Assembly: GCA_965208615.1 (NCBI GenBank)
Contig: CBDBPB010000002.1
Location: 1 to 64,000, forward strand
Length of the DNA: 64,000 bases
Reading direction: 5' to 3'
Source of the DNA: Spirochaetota bacterium
GTDB taxonomy: Bacteria; Spirochaetota; UBA6919; CBDBPB01
Under the pieces are notes generated by a model. It did not search any database. It was given only the letters and a program-made list of their open reading frames with translations, and was not told where the DNA came from. Of the stretch, positions 21,035-32,124 are shown piece after piece (within the stretch, counting starts at the first letter, position 1; each line of letters opens with the position of its first letter). A program made the translations under genes and the position numbers.

Positions 21035-21749
21035 ATCTCCTTTCTCGTTTTTGATATTCCAAAATAGCGTTTATAAAGTCTTGTTTAGTAAAGTTAGGCC
21101 AGAGTATATCAGTAAAATAAAGCTCTGTATAGGCTATTTGCCATAACAGAAAGTTACTTATTCGTTTTTCTCCACTTGTTCTTATGAGTAGGTCTGGATC
21201 AGGTAGTTCAGGGTGAAATAAAAGCTTAGAGAAAGTTTCTTCAGTTATATTATTAATATCAAGCTTATTATTAGATAGGTCTTTAGATAGTTGTTTTATG
21301 GCCTCTATAATCTCCAGTCGTCCGCTGTAGTTAATGGCGAGATTTAATATACCATTAGTGTTATGTTTTGTCTCATAGGTCATCTGGTCTATAATATTTT
21401 GTATATCTTTAGAGAATAGGCTCTTTATGCCACTATGTATGATTTTAATATTTTTTTTTTTAAGAGCCTTAAACTCCCGTTTAAAAAAGAACTTAAAAAG
21501 CTCCATAAGACCTTTAACTTCAATATTTGACCTCTTCCAGTTTTCTGTAGAAAAGGCATATAATGTTAAAATACTGACTCCGATTTCCTCACAAACATCC
21601 AAAAGTTCTTTTACACGTTCAAGCCCTTGTCTATGCCCCTCAATAGAAGGCAAAAAGTTTTGTTTAGCCCAGCGTCGGTTACCATCCATGATAATGGCCA
21701 CATGTTTTGGTATATTATTTTTATCAAGATTTAGGCTTTCACTGGACAT
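21018..21749 (-). CDS. uppS: Undecaprenyl diphosphate synthase
   Basis: HVAIIMDGNRRWA, YAFSTENWKR, DLLIRTSGEKRISNFLLWQ. Confidence 0.97.
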   Translation of the reverse strand: MSSESLNLDKNNIPKHVAIIMDGNRRWAKQNFLPSIEGHRQGLERVKELLDVCEEIGVSILTLYAFSTENWKRSNIEVKGLMELFKFFFKREFKALKKKNIKIIHSGIKSLFSKDIQNIIDQMTYETKHNTNGILNLAINYSGRLEIIEAIKQLSKDLSNNKLDINNITEETFSKLLFHPELPDPDLLIRTSGEKRISNFLLWQIAYTELYFTDILWPNFTKQDFINAILEYQKRERRFGAHI

Positions 21750-21755
21750 GGTTAA

Positions 21756-22313
21756 TTAGATTTCCATAATCTCTTTTTCTTTTTTGTTGGTAAGTTGATC
21801 GATTTTTGCAATATACCCATCAGTACTCTTTTGTATTATATCAAGAACGTGTCGTACATCATCTTCGCCAATATGTCCTTCTTTTTCGTTAGCTTTTATC
21901 TTTTCGTTGGACTCTCTACGTATATTCCTTATGGATATTTTTGCATTTTCACCCTTATGTTTTACCTGCTTAACAAACTCCATACGCTTCTCCTCTGTAA
22001 GAGGTGGGAAGTTAAGCCTTAGTACCTTTCCATCATTAACAGGATTAATATCTAAATCAGACTTATGAATAGCCTTTTCAATGGCCTTCATAACACTTTT
22101 ATCCCATGGTTCAATGACTATGGCTCTAGGTTCAGGGATGCTAAGGGTAGATAGCTGATTGACTGGCATTTTAGAGCCATAACTATCCACTAGAATATTA
22201 TCCAATAAAGATAGTGAAGCTCTTCCAGTTCTTACAGTTTTAAAATCGCTTAGCAAAGCCTCAATAGACCTATCCATCTTAGTATTGTTATCTTTAGTTA
22301 TTTCATCAAGCAT
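21756..22313 (-). CDS. frr: Ribosome recycling factor
   Basis: VRTGRAS, IEPWDKS, PPLTEEKR, IRNIRR, KEKEIMEI. Confidence 0.97.
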   Translation of the reverse strand: MLDEITKDNNTKMDRSIEALLSDFKTVRTGRASLSLLDNILVDSYGSKMPVNQLSTLSIPEPRAIVIEPWDKSVMKAIEKAIHKSDLDINPVNDGKVLRLNFPPLTEEKRMEFVKQVKHKGENAKISIRNIRRESNEKIKANEKEGHIGEDDVRHVLDIIQKSTDGYIAKIDQLTNKKEKEIMEI

Positions 22314-22387
22314 AATTATCACCCTATTAATTTATATAAACATCAATAAAATATCATCAAATAAAAAGATATTTTATTTGATCAATG

Positions 22388-23107
22388 TTAAGCTTGAACT
22401 ATAGTACCAACATCCTCGCCCATGACTGCTTTTTTCATGTTACCTTTAACTAAAAGATTAAATACCAAAATAGGTAACTTATTTTCCTGACATAAAGTTA
22501 CAGCAGTACTATCCATAACTTTTAAACCCTTAATCAAAAAGTCATCATAACTAACCAATTTATACTTTTTAGCATCCAAGTGCTTTACAGGGTCTTTATC
22601 ATAAATACCGTCTACTTTAGTAGCCTTAAATAAAATATCAGCCTCAATCTCCATAGCTCTTAGAACTCCCGCAGTATCAGTACTAAAATATGGATTTCCT
22701 GTACCTCCTGCAAAAATAATTACCCTACCCTTATCAAGATGAGAATTAGCCCGTCTTTTTACAAAAGGTTCAACCACAGACCTTACATAAATAGCAGATT
22801 GTACTCTTGTCTCTAAACCAACTTTATTCAGACCATCCTGTAAGGCCATAGAATTAATAATAGTTGATAACATTCCCATATAATCAGCAGTGGAACGGTC
22901 TATACCATAATTAGCTTCGCCAATACTACCCCTAAATATATTGCCACCACCAATAACAATTCCAATACTAATACCCAGCTCTGTTAACTCTTTAACTTGT
23001 TTTCCTATAGTATTAATTATATTAAAATCTATTCCATAGGACTTTTTTCCAAGAAGTGCTTCTCCACTCATTTTGATTAAAACACGCTTATATAGTGGAT
23101 GAGCCAA
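22388..23107 (-). CDS. pyrH: Uridylate kinase
   Basis: RVLIKMSGEAL, GGGNIFRG, DYMGML, GTGNPYFSTD, KVDGIYDKDP. Confidence 0.98.
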   Translation of the reverse strand: MAHPLYKRVLIKMSGEALLGKKSYGIDFNIINTIGKQVKELTELGISIGIVIGGGNIFRGSIGEANYGIDRSTADYMGMLSTIINSMALQDGLNKVGLETRVQSAIYVRSVVEPFVKRRANSHLDKGRVIIFAGGTGNPYFSTDTAGVLRAMEIEADILFKATKVDGIYDKDPVKHLDAKKYKLVSYDDFLIKGLKVMDSTAVTLCQENKLPILVFNLLVKGNMKKAVMGEDVGTIVQA

Positions 23108-23108
23108 G

Positions 23109-23954
23109 TTAACCTCCTACTCTAAAGCGAATAAACTTAACTATTTTAATATTCTCGCCAAGCTTTTTACCAGTAGACTCAATAAGCTTATTTACCGATA
23201 ATTTGGGTTCCTTAACATAACTTTGTTCAAGTAAAACAGTTTCTTTAAAAAACTGATTTAATTTTCCTTGTACTATCTTCTCAATTACCTTTTCTGGCTT
23301 ACCAGAATCCTTAGCCTGCTTTAAGAATATGGCTTTTTGTTCCTCAATTAGGTTAGAGTCAATATCATCCTTTATAAGCCCTCTAGGATTCATAGCCGCA
23401 ATATGCATACAAACATTTTTTATAAGACTTATAAACTCATCATTATTATGACTTTCTTTTTTATTAGTATCCACAATAACAACAACGCCAATCTTATTAC
23501 CACTATGAATATAAGAATCTATATATCCATTTTTATTAGCCTTAAGCAAGTTAATACGGCTAATACTAATATTCTCACCAAGTTTGGCAATTAAACTATT
23601 TATTTGATTTTCTATATCTTTAGTTAAGGCACTTGGATCAGCTATATTAGCCTCTAATATGTTAGTCGATATTTTATTACACGAATTAATAAACTCATCG
23701 GTCTTAGCAACAAAGTCAGTCTCACAGTTAACCTCTACAATACCTGCCCTATCACCAGAAACCGAAATAGTAATAATACCCTCTTTAGTAGTTCTACCCC
23801 TTTTTTCAGTTGCCTTTGTAATACCCTTTTCTTTAAGGTGCTTAACAGCATTATCAATATTGCCATTTGATTCAATCAGAGCTTTTTTACACTCCATCAT
23901 ACCAGCACCAGTTATCTCTCTTAATTCTTTTACAAGTTGTGCACTAATAGACAC
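23109..23954 (-). CDS. tsf: Elongation factor Ts
   Basis: VKELREITGAGMMECKKAL, EVNCETDFVAK, MHIAAMNP. Confidence 0.98.
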   Translation of the reverse strand: MSISAQLVKELREITGAGMMECKKALIESNGNIDNAVKHLKEKGITKATEKRGRTTKEGIITISVSGDRAGIVEVNCETDFVAKTDEFINSCNKISTNILEANIADPSALTKDIENQINSLIAKLGENISISRINLLKANKNGYIDSYIHSGNKIGVVVIVDTNKKESHNNDEFISLIKNVCMHIAAMNPRGLIKDDIDSNLIEEQKAIFLKQAKDSGKPEKVIEKIVQGKLNQFFKETVLLEQSYVKEPKLSVNKLIESTGKKLGENIKIVKFIRFRVGG

Positions 23955-24042
23955 AATATACTCCTTTCTCTTTATTATAAATAATATTATATTTATAAAA
24001 AGTACTATTTTATATTACAGCTTATATTATAAGGTTAAAGTT

Positions 24043-24819
24043 TTATTTTTTTGACTCATCTATTTCTTCTTCGTCAGAATCACTATTTTGTGCGGCTAAC
24101 TTCTTTTCACTTATTGCTTCTGCCATAGCTTTACTAGCCATATTTTCTCCTTCGATTACTGCATCAGCCATGACCCTCATAAATAGACTAATAGCTCTAA
24201 TGGCATCATCATTACCCGGTATAGGATAATCAATAATCTGAGGATTACAGTTAGAGTCAACAACAGATACCACAGGAATATTCATTTTTATAGCTTCAGC
24301 AACGGCAATAGACTCTTTATTTGGATCTATTACAAAGATAGCATTTGGTAGACTATTCATATCTTTAATTCCACCTAAGACTTTATCTAGTTTAGTCTTA
24401 TGCTTTAGAAGTTTTAGTCTTTCTTTTTTAGTAAGGGAATCAAATGTACCATCGACTTCCATTTTTTCTATTTTCTTAAGACGGAGTATACTTTTTTTTA
24501 TAGTAAAAAAGTTAGTTAACATACCCCCAAGCCATCTATTGGTAACATAAAACTGATTACATCTAACAGCCTCATTTTTTACTGATTCCTGAGCCTGTTT
24601 TTTAGTACCTATAAATAGGATTTTTCCACCTTCTGCAGATCTATCACGAATAAAGTTGTATGCAACTTCACCCTTTTCGACAGTTTTCTGAAGATCAATA
24701 ATGTGAATCCCATTTCTTTGTGTATAAATATAAGGAGCCATTTTTGGATCCCATCTTTTAGCCTGATGGCCAAAATGTACTCCAGATTCTAAAAGGTCTT
24801 TCATCGAAATAATACTCAA
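24043..24819 (-). CDS. rpsB: 30S ribosomal protein S2
   Basis: [42 protein letters not shown]; TTG start after GGAGG. Confidence 0.97.
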   Translation of the reverse strand: MSIISMKDLLESGVHFGHQAKRWDPKMAPYIYTQRNGIHIIDLQKTVEKGEVAYNFIRDRSAEGGKILFIGTKKQAQESVKNEAVRCNQFYVTNRWLGGMLTNFFTIKKSILRLKKIEKMEVDGTFDSLTKKERLKLLKHKTKLDKVLGGIKDMNSLPNAIFVIDPNKESIAVAEAIKMNIPVVSVVDSNCNPQIIDYPIPGNDDAIRAISLFMRVMADAVIEGENMASKAMAEAISEKKLAAQNSDSDEEEIDESKK

Positions 24820-24851
24820 ACTACCTCCAATAACCAAATACTAAGCATATA

Positions 24852-25445
24852 TTAACTTATTAGGTTAACATTCTCTTTGGCTACAATATTAAATTTTTTT
24901 ATAGCTTTGTAAATATCACTGACCGGTAAGCCAACAACATTATTATAACAACCATCAATTTTAGATATATATTTTGAAAATAAACCCTGAATCTTATATG
25001 ATCCAGCCGCATCAAAAACATCCTCTCTATTTAAGTAATCCCTTATTTCAGAATTGCTTATACAATCAACGTATACATTTGTAACACTATAGTCAGTAAA
25101 AGCATAATTATTAACCGCATTAACAAGACTAAATCCAGTTATGACCTTATGAGAGCTATCAGAAAGCATATTCAAGAACTTATATGCCTCATCATAAGAT
25201 ATAGGCTTAGTTAGAACCTTATTATCAGCATAAACAATGGTATCAGCCCCAATAACTAAACGATTAGGATAATCATAAGCTACGGACTCAGCCTTTAAAA
25301 TGGATAACTTACTAACTAACTCATAAGGATTAGTTAGATCTATATCCTCATCAGCCTTAGGATAAACCACCTCAAAAGGAATACCAGCATTTTCTAATAA
25401 GTAGGCTCTTCTTTTTGACGATGAAGCTAAAATAATTATGCCCAA
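24852..25445 (-). CDS. maf: Maf family nucleoside triphosphate pyrophosphatase
   Basis: IILASSSKRR, VIGADTIV, AGSYKIQG, NVVGLP. Confidence 0.93.
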   Translation of the reverse strand: MGIIILASSSKRRAYLLENAGIPFEVVYPKADEDIDLTNPYELVSKLSILKAESVAYDYPNRLVIGADTIVYADNKVLTKPISYDEAYKFLNMLSDSSHKVITGFSLVNAVNNYAFTDYSVTNVYVDCISNSEIRDYLNREDVFDAAGSYKIQGLFSKYISKIDGCYNNVVGLPVSDIYKAIKKFNIVAKENVNLIS

Positions 25446-25481
25446 ATATCAAAACTACCATATATAGATATTTAATCTATC

Positions 25482-25510
25482 AGTATAGTAAAAAATATGC
25501 CATTTGTCAA
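25482..25510 (-). promoter_or_regulatory. sigma70 promoter of the maf-rpsB-tsf operon
   Basis: Minus strand TTGACA-17 nt-TATACT. Confidence 0.75.
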
Positions 25511-25667
25511 CTCCATTTTGATCATAGATAAAAATAGTACCGCTAAGCTACGTAATTAAAAGTATTTTCCTAATTTTTTTATAGCTTTCCTTTTTTTGAA
25601 ATAAGTTTCGTATGCTTATGTAATTATACTTAAAAACACATAAATCAATAAACGTAGGTGGCTAATT

Positions 25668-26414
25668 ATGAGATTTAGTTTTTCGACTAATTTTATAAAA
25701 GACAAAGTACTATCTTTATCTGATCCAAACTTTGTTGGTCTAAGAAATACAGTAGTCTCACTTTTAAAAGAGGCATTAAAACAAAATAATCCCGATTTGT
25801 TCAACGAGTATTATAAAAATAGTAAAAACAAAGTAAAGCCTTTTACCTTTTCCTATTATAGCCCTAACCTTAGACAAACAAAAACTAATGAAGCTAATAT
25901 ATTCCAGTTTGATAAACCCTTTATTAGGATATACCTGTCCTCATTGGATAATGGTTTCATTGTTAATATTTATAACGCTCTTAAAAAGCTAAAGAAATAC
26001 TCTTTTTTTAATCATCCCATTAGTTTAGGCAGTTTTACACTGATAAACCAAAAAACCATAACTCAAAATGAGATAAACTTTAAACTTTTATCGCCATTTG
26101 TGGTTAGGCAAATTGATAATAAAAAAGGAGTTGGCTATTTAACCATGTATGACGCTAACTTTGAAGATGGTATTTATTATCAGCTTAAGAATCTTAGCAA
26201 GCATTATCTTAAGAAAGGCTTAGATAGGAACAGCTTTTCAACAGACCTAAATAAGTGTAAGTCGGTTAAGGTTGTGCATTATAGGCAGGCTATAGACACT
26301 ACATCAGGGCTTATCAAGATTAGAGCACCTAAAGATGTTTTATCTATGATATATGATTTAGGACTTGGTTGTCGTCGTAGTCAGGGATTTGGCATGGTGG
26401 AGGTATTGTCATGA
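25668..26414 (+). CDS. cas6: CRISPR endoribonuclease Cas6
   Basis: KPFTFS, LLSPFVVR, C-terminal G-rich loop YDLGLGCRRSQGFGMV. Confidence 0.95.
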   Translation: MRFSFSTNFIKDKVLSLSDPNFVGLRNTVVSLLKEALKQNNPDLFNEYYKNSKNKVKPFTFSYYSPNLRQTKTNEANIFQFDKPFIRIYLSSLDNGFIVNIYNALKKLKKYSFFNHPISLGSFTLINQKTITQNEINFKLLSPFVVRQIDNKKGVGYLTMYDANFEDGIYYQLKNLSKHYLKKGLDRNSFSTDLNKCKSVKVVHYRQAIDTTSGLIKIRAPKDVLSMIYDLGLGCRRSQGFGMVEVLS

Positions 26415-28084
26415 GTGAGGGATTATTGTTAGATAAAAAGACTGAAAAAGTATATTTAGGTGATTGGTTATATAATGCTGGTATAGTAGGCTTTATTAGG
26501 ATCATAAACAATGGTGGGGATAAAAATAAAATATCTGACTTTGTTAAAGTTAATGATAACTCCATAGAGTTTGATAGGGATAAGCTAGAAGGCTTTTCGG
26601 AGAAGTTCTTTGAAACAGCCATAAAGCAATATGGTAGGTATGATAGGTTAGTAGAAGATTTACCCAACTTTGTTAAAGAGATTAATGACTTTAATGGTGA
26701 GCTATCCAATAATTTAAAAAGACTGGTTGACATAGCTGATACTGTTAAAAGACGACTAAACTTTACCTTACTAAAAGAAAAACTAAAAGATAACTATATA
26801 GCCTTACCCAATAAAAAAGCAGTTGAAGATAATCCTCAAATAGTTTTAGACACTATAAAAGAAGTACTGGATATACTTAAAAACGACTATAAAGACTTTC
26901 GGGAAGCTGATACCAAAATCTATTTATCACGTTTCTTTGGAAAGAATAATAGTGAGTCAAAAGGTAAGCTTAATACTTTTAAAAAATACTTTGAAGAGTC
27001 TATAGTAAATAACACTAATAAACCAGCAACAAAGGGAAGAGGAAAGAAGAAAATAGAATTTCAATGCGTTAACTGTGAAAGAATAGCTAAAAAAGATGTA
27101 ATTACAGATACAAGGATTGGTACATTTGCAGGAATAGGCTCAGTAAACGAGGCATGGAACTTTGGACCATACCTTCGTCTTTGTGAGATATGTGAGCTTA
27201 TTTATTTTTGTATTTTTGCTGGTTTTACAGATGTGTCAAGGGGTAAAGAAAAACTGTATTACTTTGTCAACCATGATATTAGTATTCAAGATCTAATCGA
27301 TGATAACCATATTCTACAAAGTGTATTAAGTAAAGGTGCAAAGGATAATATTTTATTCGATTACTTTACGGAATATCTTCATATACAAAAAGAAAAGTCT
27401 AAACATACTTTAAAGAATATATCCTTTATTGAGCTGGATAACCCTAATGGTATAATGCCTAAGGTTTATTCTCTAAACCTTGATAAAACAAAGGCTATGT
27501 TTATTCATAATTACCATGATAAGTTTAATAAGCTTGCCAAAGCCTATTATAAGGTTAAGGATAGCTCAAAAAACATATTAAGAGAACTTGTAGAGCATTT
27601 TCTCCTTAACTCTTTAAGTTATAATCAGATATATTGGTTGGCTAAGATATACATGACCGTAGCAGAAGGTAAATCAGATTATTATAAAGCTTATTTTAAC
27701 ACCTATCACATACAAAACTATATGCTAATTATTGCTTTATACAATAAAATAATTTTACAAGGAGAAAGTTCTATGGCAGACTTTGAGAAAAGTGTGTGGT
27801 TCATTTACAATAAGGGCAAAGAGCTTATGATTAAATTAAGACAGAATCAGGCTGAGAATAAGATTAGCACTATTGTACTTAGCCTATTAAACGCCCTAAG
27901 GGTCGGGGATGTTAATAAGTTTATGGAGGTCATTGTCAGGGTCTATATGGCTTATGGCTTAGATATTCCGTCTACTTTTGTAGAAGGGCTTACAAACAAA
28001 GATAGTTTTTATGCCTATGGTTATAGCTTTGTCAATGGACTATTAGCAAAAGAAAAAACTAATAAGGAGGCTAGTAATGTCTAA
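26411..28084 (+). CDS. cas8b: Type I-B large subunit Cas8b (Cst1, CXXC-CXXC)
   Basis: DWLYNAGIVGF, CVNC...LCEICELIYFC..AGF; C-terminal small-subunit-like region LLNALRVGD..FM preceded by an internal GGAG-ATG (possible Cas11 start at 27773). Confidence 0.9.
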   Translation: MSEGLLLDKKTEKVYLGDWLYNAGIVGFIRIINNGGDKNKISDFVKVNDNSIEFDRDKLEGFSEKFFETAIKQYGRYDRLVEDLPNFVKEINDFNGELSNNLKRLVDIADTVKRRLNFTLLKEKLKDNYIALPNKKAVEDNPQIVLDTIKEVLDILKNDYKDFREADTKIYLSRFFGKNNSESKGKLNTFKKYFEESIVNNTNKPATKGRGKKKIEFQCVNCERIAKKDVITDTRIGTFAGIGSVNEAWNFGPYLRLCEICELIYFCIFAGFTDVSRGKEKLYYFVNHDISIQDLIDDNHILQSVLSKGAKDNILFDYFTEYLHIQKEKSKHTLKNISFIELDNPNGIMPKVYSLNLDKTKAMFIHNYHDKFNKLAKAYYKVKDSSKNILRELVEHFLLNSLSYNQIYWLAKIYMTVAEGKSDYYKAYFNTYHIQNYMLIIALYNKIILQGESSMADFEKSVWFIYNKGKELMIKLRQNQAENKISTIVLSLLNALRVGDVNKFMEVIVRVYMAYGLDIPSTFVEGLTNKDSFYAYGYSFVNGLLAKEKTNKEASNV

Positions 28085-28994
28085 AGGTTTAACATTAACT
28101 ATAGTATTTGATGCAATGAGTTTAAATTATGGTGAGGGGATTGGTAATATATCAGAGTTAAAAAAGCTAAGTCGTGAAGGTGGAGTTTTTACTTACTTAT
28201 CCAGACAGGCTATACGCTACGATATTTTCAGGATGCTAAAGGATAATTTTGATATAGACAAAGGCAAGGATAACCCTTTAACTGTGGATAATACAGTTAT
28301 ACAGTTTAGTGATAAGACCAACATAGAAGACTATATAGAGGCAGATTTGTTTGGCTACATGAAAACGATAAAAGGTAGTGGCTCAGTTACACGTTCATCT
28401 CTTGTACGTATTAGTCCTGCCATTGCACTAGAGCCATTTCACTCTGATTTAGAGTGGGGTACTAATAAGAACTTTGCTGATCGTATGAAGGCTCATCCTA
28501 ATCCTTTTCAGTTTGAGCATCAATATTCTCTTTATTCATATACTATAACCGTTGATCTGGACAGGGTTGGTAAAGATGACAATGATAATATTGATATACC
28601 TAGTACTGAGAAAGCGGATAGGATTAAAAAGCTTATTGAGGTTGTCAAGGTCTTAAACAGGGACATCAAAGGACGAACTGAGAGCTTAAACCCTATTTTT
28701 GTTATAGGTGGTGTGTATAACGTTAAAAATCCATTCTTTTTAAACAAGATTAAGGTAGGCTATAACACAGATAAAAAGGCTTATACTCTGGATACAAATA
28801 TGCTAAACTCAACGTCAGAGTTTGTTTTCAACAACGAGAAAGTAAAAGATCATACAAAAGTGGCTTATTTATCTGGTTTCTGGTCTAATGAAGATGAGTT
28901 TAAAACCATAGTCAGCAAAGAGGATAGCTCTTTTGATAACATAAATGGTTTTTTTGATTCGGTTATTAGCTTAGTAAATAACGCTTATAATTAG
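28077..28994 (+). CDS. cas7: Type I-B Cas7 (Cst2/DevR)
   Basis: SLNYGEGIGNISELKK, SRQAIRY, EADLFGYM, YSYTITVDLDRVG. Confidence 0.93.
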   Translation: MSKGLTLTIVFDAMSLNYGEGIGNISELKKLSREGGVFTYLSRQAIRYDIFRMLKDNFDIDKGKDNPLTVDNTVIQFSDKTNIEDYIEADLFGYMKTIKGSGSVTRSSLVRISPAIALEPFHSDLEWGTNKNFADRMKAHPNPFQFEHQYSLYSYTITVDLDRVGKDDNDNIDIPSTEKADRIKKLIEVVKVLNRDIKGRTESLNPIFVIGGVYNVKNPFFLNKIKVGYNTDKKAYTLDTNMLNSTSEFVFNNEKVKDHTKVAYLSGFWSNEDEFKTIVSKEDSSFDNINGFFDSVISLVNNAYN

Positions 28995-29003
28995 GACAAT
29001 ACA

Positions 29004-29891
29004 ATGAAACTGCTATGTATAAAAGCTCATCAAGTTATGGCTAACTATAAAAAGCCTATGTGTTATGGTTTTATTGATAGCTATCCACTACCGCCTATCT
29101 CAACTATTAAAGGATGGTTCCATGCTGTTATTAATGCAAAGGAGTATATACCCATTAGTATGTCTATACAAGGGAATTCATCCTCGGTGGTATATGACCT
29201 TCAGAGAATGATAAAGTTTGATAGGGATAGGATATTAGAAAAGACAGCAGGGATTGACTTTGATACCTTTCACCGCAGGATAATTGCTAAGATAGCCAAT
29301 GAGGAGGATAAAGAACTTATTAAAAGCCTATATTCTTATGATAGCAAAAAGAAAGAATATATCCGTAAAGGTACTAAAGAATTACCTATCAAGTTTAAGG
29401 AGATTATGAAGTCTATTTCTTATCCTAAGCCTTATCTTGAAGATCATAATAAGATGCTGTCTTACTCGCCCACTTATGTTGCCAACGTGTTTAATATAGA
29501 TTTACTAATTTATATATCGGCGGATAAATGTCATCTTGATAAGTTTAAAGAGAGGGTATTTACTATTGACTATCCCCATATTGGTAGGAATGAGGATCTA
29601 ACCCGTATTGACTCAGTTAAGTATGTTGACGTCAAAGAGAAAAGCTTTGGTATGCAACAAAATCATAGCATAGATTATGGTGTATATTTAAACCGCTCAA
29701 CAACAAAGAAAATGAGTTTAATCGGGTCTAAGTATAGGATGCCTTTTAAGTATGAGGTTGCTAATGGTATTCGTTATTTTAATAGGCTGGATGTTGTATA
29801 TATTGAGGATGGAGCAGTGAATATACCTTGTCTATTTGATTATGAGGAAAATAGAATAATAGACCTAATAGGGGACTACAATGGAACATAG
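29004..29891 (+). CDS. cas5: Type I-B Cas5 with internal ~60-aa insertion
   Basis: ANYKKP..SYPLPPISTIKG, SPTYV, HIGRNEDL; position between cas7 and cas3. Confidence 0.9.
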   Translation: MKLLCIKAHQVMANYKKPMCYGFIDSYPLPPISTIKGWFHAVINAKEYIPISMSIQGNSSSVVYDLQRMIKFDRDRILEKTAGIDFDTFHRRIIAKIANEEDKELIKSLYSYDSKKKEYIRKGTKELPIKFKEIMKSISYPKPYLEDHNKMLSYSPTYVANVFNIDLLIYISADKCHLDKFKERVFTIDYPHIGRNEDLTRIDSVKYVDVKEKSFGMQQNHSIDYGVYLNRSTTKKMSLIGSKYRMPFKYEVANGIRYFNRLDVVYIEDGAVNIPCLFDYEENRIIDLIGDYNGT

Positions 29892-32124
29892 TGTATATGC
29901 CAAAACCTACTACAAAGAAGGCTGGACAACTGAATCGTTAGAGGAGCATGTTAAATGTCTAATGGATAATTTAGGCATATTAAAAAGTCTATATTCAGAA
30001 GAGATAGAAAGGCTTGTGGATGATAGTAAGCTATTTTGGGATAACTTAGGGTTTTGTGTTTTATTCCACGATTGCGGTAAGTTATCCACTCACTTTCAGA
30101 ATAAGATTAGGGACAAGCTAAACGAGGGTAGATTAAGATATAACACTAAGTTAAATGGTGAGATACCTCATAATTATTTATCCCCTGCCTTTGTGCCTGA
30201 GGATATGAGCGACTTTAAGATATTTTTTACTATTGCCTTTCACCACAATCGAAATATAGACTTTGATCAAAACTACCTCAAAACCGTTATTAATAATGAC
30301 CTTCAAAAAGTAGTTGACGCTAATAAAGAACTTTTTTCTTGGTTAAAAAGTTATGGTTATACACTGCGTAGCAAGCTTTGGGATGATTATTTTGACTATC
30401 TTCAGGATGGTAGGTATTATCGCTGTCAATATCAAAAGGTAAGAAAGGATAAGTTATATATTTTACTTAAAGGGCTATTCCACCGTTTAGACCACTCATC
30501 ATCGGCACATATACCTGTTGAGGTTGAGAGAATATCTGATCCAGAGGGCGAGTTACTATACTACTTAAAAAATAAGTTAGAAGAGAAGGGTCTTGCATTT
30601 GAGGGTTTAAAGCCCTTCCAAAAAGAGGCTAAACGCTATCGGGATAATAATGTTTTACTAACTGCATCCACTGGAGTGGGTAAAACAGAGTTTGCCATTA
30701 ACTGGATAGGCAATGACAAGGCATTTTATACTTTACCTCTTAGGGTATCGGTTAACGCTATGTATGAGCGGTTTATAAAGATGTTTTCAGAGGATAAGGT
30801 TGCACTTTTACACGGTGATAGTTTATTATACGAAATCGAAAGTGAGATTGAGGGCAAGAACTTTAAAGTAGAGGATCATATATTTAACGTTCAACATGCT
30901 AAACTATTTTCATTACCTATTACGATATCCACTGCTGATCAGTTATTTACAGCGGTATTCAAGTGGCCTGGTTATGAGAAGATTTATGCTAGCCTTATGT
31001 ATTCTAAGATTGTTTTAGATGAGCCTCAGAGTTATTCTCCCGAGGTTTTAGCTATGATTGTAAAGTGTCTAGAGGAGCTATCGGAATTAGGGTGCAGGTT
31101 TTGTTTTATGAGTGCCACCATTCATCCTTATGTTAGAGAACACTTTAAAGAGGCTGTTAAGTTGGGTCCTATTTATCACAAAGAGGATAAACACCGTATT
31201 TCTTTGGTTGATAACTCTATTGATGGCTTAACCCATAAAATAGAAGAGGAGTTTAGTCGGGATAAGAAGATACTTGTTATATGTAATACTGTAAAAAAGG
31301 CTCAGGAGCTTTATAGTATATTAGACACTTCATCTAAGAAGTTATTGCACTCGGGATTTATAAAAAGGGATAGGTTCATCAAAGAGAAGGATATACAAGC
31401 TGATTATAACAAGGATAAAGCTGTTATTTGGGTTACTACTCAGATAGTTGAGGCATCACTGGATATTGATTATGATATACTTTTTACTGAGCTATCTACC
31501 ATTGACTCTCTATTACAAAGGATGGGTAGGGTGTATCGTAGTACAGAGAGAAAGATAAAGGAAGACGATCCACCTAATGTTATTATAGCAACAAATAAGC
31601 CATCTGACAAATATTATATTTATGATGAGGATGTTGTAAATATTACGCTGGAGGTTTTATTAGAGTATGACAATAAGGTTTTACCAGAAAAAGAAAAGTT
31701 AACCTTAATGGATAAGGTTTTTGGTGATAAAGAGAGGATAAGGGCTTTTTATGATAGGTTTAATAAGACCTATCACTTATTGGATAGTGGTTTTGAGTCG
31801 GATAATAAAAAAGAGGCACAAAAGTTATTTAGGGATATTGCCAACAGGACAGTGATCCCCAATTCGGTTTATGAAGAGAACAAAAAGAGGATTAATGAAA
31901 TAGTTAATAAGCTGAATAGTAAGGGTAGGCTTGACAAAGAAAGACTTTTGAGCATAAAAGGGATTGATGACTTTACGGTGAGTTTAGCTACTTATAAGGT
32001 TTATGGAAAAGAGCGTATTGAGTTAGTGTCTAAGAGAGGTATATTCACAGCGGATATTGATTATAATAGTGAGACAGGCATTGAGTTTACCAAGAAGGCT
32101 AAAAACTACGCTGAGATTATATAG
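29881..32124 (+). CDS. cas3: Cas3 HD nuclease-helicase
   Basis: SLEEH, FHDCGK, FHH, RLDHSSS; ASTGVGKTE, LDEPQ, MSAT, QIVEASLDID, QRMGRVYR. Confidence 0.97.
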   Translation: MEHSVYAKTYYKEGWTTESLEEHVKCLMDNLGILKSLYSEEIERLVDDSKLFWDNLGFCVLFHDCGKLSTHFQNKIRDKLNEGRLRYNTKLNGEIPHNYLSPAFVPEDMSDFKIFFTIAFHHNRNIDFDQNYLKTVINNDLQKVVDANKELFSWLKSYGYTLRSKLWDDYFDYLQDGRYYRCQYQKVRKDKLYILLKGLFHRLDHSSSAHIPVEVERISDPEGELLYYLKNKLEEKGLAFEGLKPFQKEAKRYRDNNVLLTASTGVGKTEFAINWIGNDKAFYTLPLRVSVNAMYERFIKMFSEDKVALLHGDSLLYEIESEIEGKNFKVEDHIFNVQHAKLFSLPITISTADQLFTAVFKWPGYEKIYASLMYSKIVLDEPQSYSPEVLAMIVKCLEELSELGCRFCFMSATIHPYVREHFKEAVKLGPIYHKEDKHRISLVDNSIDGLTHKIEEEFSRDKKILVICNTVKKAQELYSILDTSSKKLLHSGFIKRDRFIKEKDIQADYNKDKAVIWVTTQIVEASLDIDYDILFTELSTIDSLLQRMGRVYRSTERKIKEDDPPNVIIATNKPSDKYYIYDEDVVNITLEVLLEYDNKVLPEKEKLTLMDKVFGDKERIRAFYDRFNKTYHLLDSGFESDNKKEAQKLFRDIANRTVIPNSVYEENKKRINEIVNKLNSKGRLDKERLLSIKGIDDFTVSLATYKVYGKERIELVSKRGIFTADIDYNSETGIEFTKKAKNYAEII

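Noticed and set aside
25515-25533. ATTTTGATCATAGATAAAA upstream of cas6 resembles the 3' end of the mini-array spacer
   Set aside because: Needs gaps and involves the PAM-distal end, not the seed.
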